A stretch of DNA of 63,878 nucleotides, the filler included. It is 9 parts of 9 records of this genome, joined end to end, with 100 filler letters (N's around TTAATTAATTAA, not from the genome) between each part and the next. Parts side by side here need not be neighbours in the genome. Positions count along the whole stretch, not along the records: positions 51,722 to 58,475 come from SRR31147125_81426; positions 58,576 to 63,878 come from SRR31147125_81895; 7 more parts are not named here. One strand, 5' to 3'. The translations under genes were made by a program, and so were the position numbers. Of this stretch, positions 55,600 to 63,878 are shown in pieces. Each line of letters starts with the position of its first letter. The stretch's first letter is position 1. A model generated the notes under the pieces. It made no database searches. It was not told where the DNA came from and worked only from the letters and a program-made list of their open reading frames with translations.

Positions 55600-57844
55600 A
55601 TGAAATTAAATCTGAAAATAAGCTTATTTGTGATTGCTGCTGCCATGTTGTCAGCCTGCTCAACTTATCAGGGAGAAGGAAAAGTTACAGTTGCCGTAAA
55701 TCAGCCGGTCGATTACGTTAATCCATATATGGGAAATATCAGCCATTTATTGGTGCCAACGTTTCCAACTGTTCATTTGCCTAATAGTTTGTTACGGGTA
55801 TATCCTGAACGTCGTGATTATACTGAAATTGAACTGAATGGTTTGCCTCTGGTAGTTACAAGTCATCGTGGTAGTTCAGCATTTAACCTAAGTCCGTTTC
55901 AGGGAATAGAAAGTGAGTTGGAACCTATTGTTAAATATCGTTACGATCAGGAAGTACTAACTCCCTATTCGTATTCGGTTTATTTGGATGAACAGAACAT
56001 TCAGGTTGATTTTGGTTTGTCTCATCAATCAGCTGCGTATAATATTCAATTTGAAAAAGATGCACCTGCTTATTTGATTTTAAACTCAAAAGAGGGGGAT
56101 GAACTGGGATGGAAAAGCAATTAGTGGTTACCAGTTAATCGAGAATAATACTAAGGTTTATTTGTATCTGGTTCCTGAAGAGTTACCACAGCAGGTTTCA
56201 AAATTGGATGATGGAAAACTTATCGGGTCAACTAAAACTGACGGTCGTAATGCATGTTTGGTACTGAAATATCCCCAGGGAACTAATGGGTTAAAAGTAC
56301 ACTATGGAATTTCATTTATTGATGAAATGCAGGCCAAAGCAAATATGGAGCGTGAGGTGGCAGGTAAATCTGTTGCTCAACTTCAAGCCGAAGGACGAGA
56401 TATTTGGAATGAAGCCTTAGGGAGGATAAAAGTTGATGGTGGAACTGATGATGAGCAGACTGTTTTTTACACCTCTCTTTATCGTTGCTTCGAACGTCCA
56501 GTGTGTATTTCAGAAGACAGACGCTATTACAGTGCGTTTGATGGGAAAGTACATGAAGATAATGGCCGTCCATTTTATACTGACGATTGGATTTGGGATT
56601 CATATCGTGCTCATCATCCGTTACGCATATTGATCGATTCAAAGAAAGAAGAAGATATTTTAAACTCATTTGTGTCGATGTCAGAGCAAATGGATAATTT
56701 TTGGTGGCCAACTTTTCCCGAAATAACAGGGGATAGTCGGCGAATGAATTCAAACCACGGGGTTGCCTCAGTTATTGATGCGTATCGCAAAGGGTTAAAA
56801 AACTTTGACTTGGAAAAAGCATACAAAGCATGTAAGGGTGCTATTACTGAAAAAACGTTGGCTCCCTGGTCTGGAATGCCAGCAGGAAAAATGGATAAGT
56901 TTTATAAAGAGCTTGGTTACATTCCAGCTTTGCGTGAAGGAGAAAAAGAAAGCTTTCCAGAAGTGCATTCATTTGAGCGTCGTCAGCCAGTTGCTGTAAC
57001 TTTAGGAACTTCATATGATGAATGGTGCTTATCACAAATAGCTAAGGAACTCGGAAAGTCTGATGATTTTGATAATTTTTTGCAGCGATCTTTAAACTAT
57101 CGTAATTTATTTAACCCCGATACTAAATTTTTCCATCCTAAAGATAATAAAGGTAGATTCATTGAACCATTTGATTACAAATTTGCAGGAGGAATGGGGG
57201 CACGTGGTTATTATGGCGAAAATAATGCCTGGGTTTATCGTTGGGATGTGCAGCACAATATTCCAGATTTGATTGACTTAATGGGCGGTAAGGAGGAGTT
57301 TGTGGAGAATCTGGATGCCATGTTCACAGAACCTTTAGGAAGAGGAAAGTATGCTTTTTATGCACAATTGCCCGATCATACTGGTAATGTTGGGCAGTTT
57401 TCAATGGCAAACGAGCCGTCTTTGCATATACCATACCTGTACAATTATGCAGGTCAACCATGGAAAACCCAGAAACGACTTCATAAATTGTTGAAAGAAT
57501 GGTTTCGCAACGACTTAATGGGTGTTCCTGGAGATGAAGATGGTGGTGGAATGTCTGCATTTGTTGTATTTTCATCAATGGGCTTTTATCCGGTTACTCC
57601 TGGTGAACCTATTTATTCCATTGGCAGCCCTATGTTTGAGCATGTTGCAGTCGATTTAGAGAATGGTAAGACATTTGAAATTGTAGCGCATAATGCTTCT
57701 GATGTGAATAAGTATATTCAATCAGCAACCCTGAATGGAGAAATACTTGATAAACCATGGATTTCACATGAAACTGTTACAAATGGTGGAAAGTTAATCT
57801 TTGAAATGGGTGCAAAAGCAAATAAGCTATGGGGTGTTGAATAG
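55600..57844 (+). CDS. GH92 alpha-mannosidase-like lipoprotein (frameshift at the G-run 56094-56098)
   Basis: DYVNPYMG, FYTSLYR, WDSYRA, NEPSLHIPYLY, PGDEDGGGMSA, GFYPVTPG. Confidence 0.93.
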
Positions 57845-58088
57845 AATTTGATGAAGATTACTATCTCAACATAATTTTCTGTCGATTAATCCAAATATAT
57901 TTTTGAGTTTGGAGTTTCTTGCGTGCTAAGAAAACTGAAAGTTTTTGCCTATTCATATGAATTAAATAGAACTAAATTTCAAATGAGATAAATGGAGAGT
58001 TTTTTAAGAACGCAAATTGATATTTTATTGAAATAGAAATTTTTACAAGGATTCTGGATGAATACTAGTATCCCAATAAGAAGAAAGC

Positions 58089-58124
58089 AAAAGTCTTTAA
58101 ATCGTATGATTTGAAGACTTTTTT
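58089..58124. terminator. Long hairpin, probable bidirectional terminator or repeat
   Basis: AAAAGTCTTTAAATC-GTAT-GATTTGAAGACTTTT (one mismatch) followed by a T tract. Confidence 0.5.
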
Positions 58125-58575
58125 GTTTTTATATCAATTCGATCAAAGAATTCGCAAAAACTAGTATTGAAGTAGGGCGAGAATCAAATTTTGTGTGTGG
58201 GGAGTAGTGGGTAGGTGTGGGAAGGAACAATTCATAATCAAGGTAGAGTAGCTTTGGTTCAGTTTAAATGAAACAGCCATATCAATCGTTCTTTTTGTTA
58301 AACAAGGAATGAAGGGTGTGGTGTCGAATTTTTAAATAAAGTTATAGGTAGCTTAGGCAAACCCTTTTTCATCAAAATTAACAATCTACACAATCTTCAG
58401 CTTTTTGGTTACTTGATTTTGAAAAAGTGTGATTTTAAATGTCAGGTTGAATCAATCATTTTGGTAATAAAAAAANNNNNNNNNNNNNNNNNNNNNNNNN
58501 NNNNNNNNNNNNNNNNNNNTTAATTAATTAANNNNNNNNNNNNNNNNNNNNNNNNNNNNNNNNNNNNNNNNNNNN

Positions 58576-58922
58576 AAAAGAAAAGCTCTGATGCTTTAAC
58601 TAATAAAGTAGATGAGGCTTTTACTGAACTTGATATGGAAGCGGATAAAATAACTAGTGAGAAAAAACGAAATTCTCAGCTAATTGGTCAGGAAAACGTT
58701 CTTGGGAAAATTTGTGACGTATTAAGAGTAAGTGATGGTGTAATCTGGGTTTATAAAGGAATTATTTTAAGACAAATAAAATTTTTAAATGAGGATAAAA
58801 TAATCTATGAAGCTGTTATATTTGAGGAGAATACTAACATAACTAATGAAGTTTTTAGTGTTCCTGAAGGTTTTATGGTTGTTGAAAATCCAATGAACAA
58901 ACTCTTTGAAAGTTCAAACTAA
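58576..58922 (+). CDS. Hypothetical protein, C-terminal part
   Basis: Open frame from the contig start, ending ...FSVPEGF, followed by a hairpin at 58940-58970. Confidence 0.55.
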
Positions 58923-59046
58923 ATAAAATTTAATTAGCTAAAAGTCTTTTTCATCAGAAAAAGGCTTTTTTATATTTGTTAAGTGCCGAAAATAATATTA
59001 TATTATTAAATTTAATATAGCAGATTTATTGGGAGGTTAATTAATT

Positions 59047-60117
59047 ATGCTAATATCAAAAAAAATTACTTATTTAATAACTGGGCTTACTCTATTATCA
59101 TCAACTTATGCTGAAAACTCTAACAAAAAAGTAAAAGATTCTAGTGTGTATACTATTCCTATTATCTTTGCATCTTCTGATGTAGGTGTTGGCTATGGTG
59201 CACAAGTTATATATATCAATAAGAGAGATGATAGTATTCTTGACGGTCAATTCCAGGGAATCCTTACAACAAAAGACCAAAAGGTATTAAATATTTCAAC
59301 TCAAAAACAACTGATTGATAGTGGCAATATTTTAGAATTATCTACCTCCGTTACAGACTGGAAATCAACATTTTACGGCTTAGGTAATAGTAGTTCTAAG
59401 AATAAAGAGGAGTCGTATGTATCAAAAAATATTGATGTCACAACTGGTTTTAAGAAAAAAATGAGTGATTACGAATATTTAGGTTTTAAGTATATTTTTA
59501 AAGATTTTGAAACAACCGACTTAAAGAATGATGGTTTATTAGATAAATATGATTATAATGAAAATGGGGTTGCTTCTGGTTTTGGAATAAATTACACTTA
59601 TGATAAGAGAGATCTCCCTAGAAATCCTAAAAATGGATATATCTTTTATGCTGATAGTAGATTTTATGGAGAGGTAATTAGTAGTGATTATGACTTTCAA
59701 ACATACTCATTTGATGCAAAAGCATATAAAGAAATAAAACCGAATCATATAGCTGCCATTCAATTTTATACCTCACACTCTGGTGGTGATGTCCCTTTTG
59801 CTTACTTAGAAAGTCTAGGCTCAAGTAATTTATTGAGAGGATACTTGGCTGACAGATATTTAGATAAAGCAAAACTAGCCTTTCAAGGTGAATATAGGTA
59901 TCCAATTTATGGAAATTTTACTGGGGTTGCATTTGCATCCTCAGGTCAGGTATCATCAAAAATTTCAAATTTTGAATTAGATGATTTTAAATCGACAATT
60001 GGAGCAGGCATTAAATATGTTCTCTCAGAAGAGGATGGAGTTAAAATTCGGTGCGATATTGGGATTAATGAAGATGGAGAAACTGCCTTTTATATTGACT
60101 TTGGCGATGCATTTTAA
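59047..60117 (+). CDS. BamA/TamA (Omp85 surface antigen) family barrel protein without obvious POTRA domains
   Basis: Signal peptide, YDKRD..NP..G, LRGY, GAGIKY, C-terminal FYIDFGDAF. Confidence 0.8.
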   Translation: MLISKKITYLITGLTLLSSTYAENSNKKVKDSSVYTIPIIFASSDVGVGYGAQVIYINKRDDSILDGQFQGILTTKDQKVLNISTQKQLIDSGNILELSTSVTDWKSTFYGLGNSSSKNKEESYVSKNIDVTTGFKKKMSDYEYLGFKYIFKDFETTDLKNDGLLDKYDYNENGVASGFGINYTYDKRDLPRNPKNGYIFYADSRFYGEVISSDYDFQTYSFDAKAYKEIKPNHIAAIQFYTSHSGGDVPFAYLESLGSSNLLRGYLADRYLDKAKLAFQGEYRYPIYGNFTGVAFASSGQVSSKISNFELDDFKSTIGAGIKYVLSEEDGVKIRCDIGINEDGETAFYIDFGDAF

Positions 60118-60211
60118 TTGAGTTTTTCTTGTTTATTAATGGGACTTTGATGTATAATTAGCATATAAAGTTTTAGTATATCAAATTACCGTAACATTTA
60201 AGGAGGAAAAA

Positions 60212-60733
60212 ATGAAAAAATTAACTTTAATTATAGTTCTGTGTTTATCTACACTTTCTTTTAGTGATGAATTTGATTTAATTGTTTCAACCGGAGTTAT
60301 GTCTAGTGCAACTGCTGGATTGGGACTTCAACTTGAAGTTTTACCAGAACATGATTTAGTTTTAATAGCTGATGCAGGAGTTACTCCTTTTTTCGGTGAA
60401 TTTGTTGGTGGAGCTATTAAACTAGAAAACATTAATGGAATTAGATACGGAGTATTTTATAAACGATTCACTACTTTCGACCGTTTATGGTCAGAGTATT
60501 ATTTTGATGCTCTTTTTGATTCATTCGAAGACGATGACCCTGATATTGATAATGCTGTTTATGATATTTATGGTATTGCAGTATCAAAGGTATTTGACCA
60601 TGATGAATTTATTAGCCCTTTCCTAGGTCTCGAAGTAGGTTATGGAGAGGTACAGGATAAAGATGAATGGGAAGGCGAAGATGGTAAAAGATATGTTGAA
60701 TACTACGATTTTAGAATTGGTTTTGCTTTTTAA
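60212..60733 (+). CDS. Small putative outer-membrane beta-barrel protein
   Basis: Signal peptide, amphipathic strands, C-terminal RIGFAF; AGGAGG RBS; hairpin terminator at 60757-60786. Confidence 0.55.
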   Translation: MKKLTLIIVLCLSTLSFSDEFDLIVSTGVMSSATAGLGLQLEVLPEHDLVLIADAGVTPFFGEFVGGAIKLENINGIRYGVFYKRFTTFDRLWSEYYFDALFDSFEDDDPDIDNAVYDIYGIAVSKVFDHDEFISPFLGLEVGYGEVQDKDEWEGEDGKRYVEYYDFRIGFAF

Positions 60734-60972
60734 TTAAGTTTACTATAATCAGATCTCAAGTCCTTATTTTTTAAGGACTTGTTTTATATTCACTTCAAGT
60801 AAATCAAATTTTGAAACCATCTGTATATTTTATTAATGAAATATATAAGTGGTATATATATTTTCTATTTAAAAAATACTTTATTATTTCAGGTTTTATG
60901 ATAAAATAGTGCAAAGTATTTATTTTTTAGAACGAGAATATAAAAAAATTAGACAATATATTAGGAGGAAAC

Positions 60973-62469
60973 ATGGACAAGATTTATTATAGTACTAGAA
61001 ATCAAGAGGAAAAGGTATCTTTTTCTCAAGGGGTAACTAGAGGTATTGCAACTGACGGTGGACTATATGTTCCTGGAAAATTTAATCAATTGGATATAAA
61101 TGATGCAAAATATCAATCAATGACATATCAAGAGTTAGCTGTTGATGTATTAAGCAACTACTTAAATGACTTTGATGCAGAAGAAGTAAAAAAATGTGTA
61201 TATGAAGCTTATGGAGATAATTTTGAAACAGATGAGATTGTTCCACTTGCTGAATGTGACAATGCTTCATTCCTAGAGTTGTTCAGAGGCCCTACATTGG
61301 CTTTTAAAGATATGGCTCTATCAATACTTCCAAAGTTCATGAATGTTTCTAGAAAGAAGAATAACATAGATGATGAGATTGTTATCCTTACTGCTACAAG
61401 TGGAGACACTGGTAAAGCAGCTCTAGAGGGATTTGCTAACAATGAAGGAGTTAAAATCATAGTATTCTTCCCAACTGATGGTGTATCTGATGTTCAAAAA
61501 GCTCAGATGGTTACACAAACTGGGGATAACACACATGTTGTAGCAATAAAGGGAAACTTTGATGATGCACAAAGTGGCGTTAAAGAGTTATTTAGTGATA
61601 ATAACTTTAAACAAGAATTAAAAGATAATGGGTTTGTATTTTCAAGTGCAAACTCAATTAACATAGGTAGATTAGTTCCACAAATCGTATATTACTTCCA
61701 TGGATACTTTGAGCTTGTTAAAAAAGGTCAAATTCAATTAGGGGATAAAATTAATGTTGTTGTTCCAACTGGAAACTTTGGAAATATCTTAGCATCATAT
61801 TATGCTAGCCAAATGGGATTACCTGTAAATAAATTCATCTGTGCAAGTAACGTGAATAACGTATTAACAGATTTTTTAAACACTGGTGTTTATGATATTA
61901 ATAGAAAATTTGAAACAACTATTACTCCATCAATGGATATATTAATTTCAAGTAACTTAGAGAGATTTATCGAATCTTTAACAAATCAAGATGATAAATT
62001 AATAGCCGAGCTTATGAACTCATTAAAGGAAACGGGTAAATATGAGTTACCAGCTGATTTAAAAACTAAAATGGATAGTTTTTATGGTGGATACACTACA
62101 GATGCTGAAACAAAAGATGTTATCAAAAGAGTATATGATAAATACGACTATGTAATTGATACTCATACTGCTGTTGCATATAAAGTATATGAAGATTATA
62201 TAGAAGCAACAGGTGACAAGGATACTAAAACTTTAATTGCTGCAACTGCAAGCCCTTTTAAATTTACTAGATCAGTTGTTGAGGCAATCACTGGAAAAAC
62301 TCAAGATGATAAATCTGATTTCGAATTAATTAACGATTTATCTAGTTTAACTGGTTGGCCAGTACCAAAGGGTGTATTTGAACTTGATAAAAAAGAGGTT
62401 CTACACGACACAGTTGTTGAAGTAGCTGAGATGAAAAAATCAGTAGCAGATTTTCTTAATATTAAATAA
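60973..62469 (+). CDS. thrC: Threonine synthase
   Basis: YYSTR, DGGLYVP, ELFRGPTLAFKDMAL, ATSGDTGKAA, NSINIGRL, PTGNFGN, PSMDILISSNLER. Confidence 0.97.
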   Translation: MDKIYYSTRNQEEKVSFSQGVTRGIATDGGLYVPGKFNQLDINDAKYQSMTYQELAVDVLSNYLNDFDAEEVKKCVYEAYGDNFETDEIVPLAECDNASFLELFRGPTLAFKDMALSILPKFMNVSRKKNNIDDEIVILTATSGDTGKAALEGFANNEGVKIIVFFPTDGVSDVQKAQMVTQTGDNTHVVAIKGNFDDAQSGVKELFSDNNFKQELKDNGFVFSSANSINIGRLVPQIVYYFHGYFELVKKGQIQLGDKINVVVPTGNFGNILASYYASQMGLPVNKFICASNVNNVLTDFLNTGVYDINRKFETTITPSMDILISSNLERFIESLTNQDDKLIAELMNSLKETGKYELPADLKTKMDSFYGGYTTDAETKDVIKRVYDKYDYVIDTHTAVAYKVYEDYIEATGDKDTKTLIAATASPFKFTRSVVEAITGKTQDDKSDFELINDLSSLTGWPVPKGVFELDKKEVLHDTVVEVAEMKKSVADFLNIK

Positions 62470-62580
62470 TTTGTATGTAATTAATAAAATCCAACGCAGA
62501 TTTTCTTAACATCAAATAATTAAGTGTAATTAATAAAATCCAGCGCAGATTTCTTAATATTAAATAATTTATGTGTTATT
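62446..62580 (+). repeat. Three tandem ~50-bp copies of the thrC 3' end
   Basis: GCAGATTT(T)CTTAAYATYAAATAATT starts at 62446, 62496 and 62545. Confidence 0.9.
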
Positions 62581-62610
62581 AGTAAGATTAAAATTTAAAC
62601 TTTATAAATG

Positions 62611-62645
62611 AAAAGGAGTCCAAATTAAATGGACTCCTTTTATAT
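62611..62645. terminator. Bidirectional terminator between the convergent thrC and pepF
   Basis: AAAAGGAGTCCA-aattaaa-TGGACTCCTTTT. Confidence 0.8.
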
Positions 62646-62656
62646 TTTTATGTTCT

Positions 62657-63878
62657 CTAATTTAACAGTTCTAGTTCAGTTAACACTTTCTCAAATTCAT
62701 CTAACAATGAATCAAGCTCATTTGCAACTTCTAACATTGTCTCCTCTTCTGATAAGTCAACACCTGCTTTTTTTAACTGATTCATCGGATAATCATTTCC
62801 ACCTGATTTTAATAGGTTTATATATTTATCTAAATTACTTTTTCTCTCTTCTGTGCTTCTTTCAGGATTATTAATTAAATCATAAAATTTAGCTGATGAA
62901 GCATAGCATGTTGCATATTGATATACATAAAATGGCGAATTATAGAAATGAGGAACTCTTGTCCACCATAAATATGCATAATCATCAAGAATAACATCAT
63001 CACCGTAATATGTAGTTAATAGGCCTTTTACAATATTATCTAAAGTTTCAGCTGTTATTGGTTCACCTTTTTCAACTAAGTCATGTACTTGTAATTCATA
63101 GTCTGCAAACATTACCTGTACATAAAATGTTCCAATTAGGTTTCTAATTGATTGTTCTAAAAGTGCAGCTTTCTCAAGTGGGTCATTAGATTTTTCCAAC
63201 ATATAGTTTAGTAGTAGTTTCTCATTATATGTTGAAGCAACTTCTGCTACAAATATTGTGTAATCATGAAGCGTAAATGGTTGTGTTTCATCAGATAACA
63301 TCGTATGCAGGGTATGTCCCATTTCATGACCAAGTGTAAACACATCACTTAGAGTTTTATTATAGTTCATTAACATATATGGATGAACCCCGTATGTTCC
63401 AGCTGAATAGGCCCCGCTTCTTTTACCCTCGTTTTCATACACATCTATCCATCTACTATTTAATGCTGTATCTGCTCTTTTTTGGTAATCATCACCAAGA
63501 GGAGCAACTGATTGTAAAACTAAATCTTTTGCTATGTCGTAATCATACTCTTTTGTAAAATCAATTAGTTTAATTGAATTATCCCAAGTGTTATACGATT
63601 CTAAATTCAAAGCTCTTTTTCTCATCTCTCTATATCTTTGTAATGGTTTTGTATTTGCTCGTACTCCATTAACTAAACTTTTGTAAACATCTGTTGGAAT
63701 ATTATTTCCCTCAAGTGCTCCTTCAAGGATTGACTCATAATTTCTAGCCTTTGTATTAGCAAGATTCTTTTGAGCTATTGCATTATATATTGCTGCATAT
63801 GTATTTTTATTTTTCTCATACACTTCGTAATATGCCTTATATGCTTTTTCTCTATCTTCTCTATTTCTATTTTCACTC
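62657..63878 (-). CDS. pepF: Oligoendopeptidase F (M3B), 5' truncated
   Basis: WIDVYENEGKRSGAYS, HPYMLMNY, TLGHEMGH (HExxH), FVAEVAST, FYVYQYA. Confidence 0.95.
   Translation of the reverse strand, partial: SENRNREDREKAYKAYYEVYEKNKNTYAAIYNAIAQKNLANTKARNYESILEGALEGNNIPTDVYKSLVNGVRANTKPLQRYREMRKRALNLESYNTWDNSIKLIDFTKEYDYDIAKDLVLQSVAPLGDDYQKRADTALNSRWIDVYENEGKRSGAYSAGTYGVHPYMLMNYNKTLSDVFTLGHEMGHTLHTMLSDETQPFTLHDYTIFVAEVASTYNEKLLLNYMLEKSNDPLEKAALLEQSIRNLIGTFYVQVMFADYELQVHDLVEKGEPITAETLDNIVKGLLTTYYGDDVILDDYAYLWWTRVPHFYNSPFYVYQYATCYASSAKFYDLINNPERSTEERKSNLDKYINLLKSGGNDYPMNQLKKAGVDLSEEETMLEVANELDSLLDEFEKVLTELELLN

Noticed and set aside
45440-57844. One large polysaccharide utilisation locus joining SusC/SusD/sulfatase with GH3/GH95/GH92
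   Set aside because: The two parts are separate contigs divided by a linker, and each is an ordinary Bacteroidota PUL fragment.
62446-62580. Mini-CRISPR array
   Set aside because: The intervening segments resemble each other, and the first unit is thrC coding sequence.

Overview
This window is not one locus. It is nine unrelated contigs of about 5-10 kb joined by artificial 100-nt spacers (N-run, TTAATTAATTAA, N-run), typical of a concatenated metagenome assembly. Contig 1 (1-8233): AmmeMemoRadiSam B protein, a DUF2520 oxidoreductase, an ECF ATPase, a sigma54 activator with no sensory domain, and a large secreted protein with nine Ig-like repeats. Contig 2 (8334-14123): two-component genes, prmA, rsmE and BatE/BatD-like genes. 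Contig 3 (14224-22556): a GH113-like hydrolase, a four-helix-bundle (IVP/bAvd-like) gene, glmS, proC, a TolB-like lipoprotein, fabD and acpS. Contig 4 (22657-28140): a clostridial-type his operon, a cupin and a partial tRNA. Contig 5 (28241-37968): a glycosyltransferase locus. Contig 6 (38069-45339): Fe-ADH, sensor kinase and sigma54 regulator, plus an XdhC/nucleotidyltransferase-HD/histidine phosphatase cluster. Contig 7 (45440-51621): SusC, SusD and a sulfatase. Contig 8 (51722-58475): GH3, GH95 and GH92. Contig 9 (58576-63878): outer-membrane proteins, thrC and pepF. Many genes are broken by frameshifts, mostly at homopolymer runs, which are most likely sequencing errors. The most striking unexplained structure is the four-helix-bundle gene enclosed by two mutually complementary 8-nt-period arrays (GTTTAGnn and CTAAACnn), each interrupted by a GC mini-hairpin at a mirrored position. 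The same contig carries further 7-nt-period arrays and REP-like hairpins. The second is a putative self-contained sigma54 circuit in contig 1. All calls are by eye from motifs; no database searches were run.
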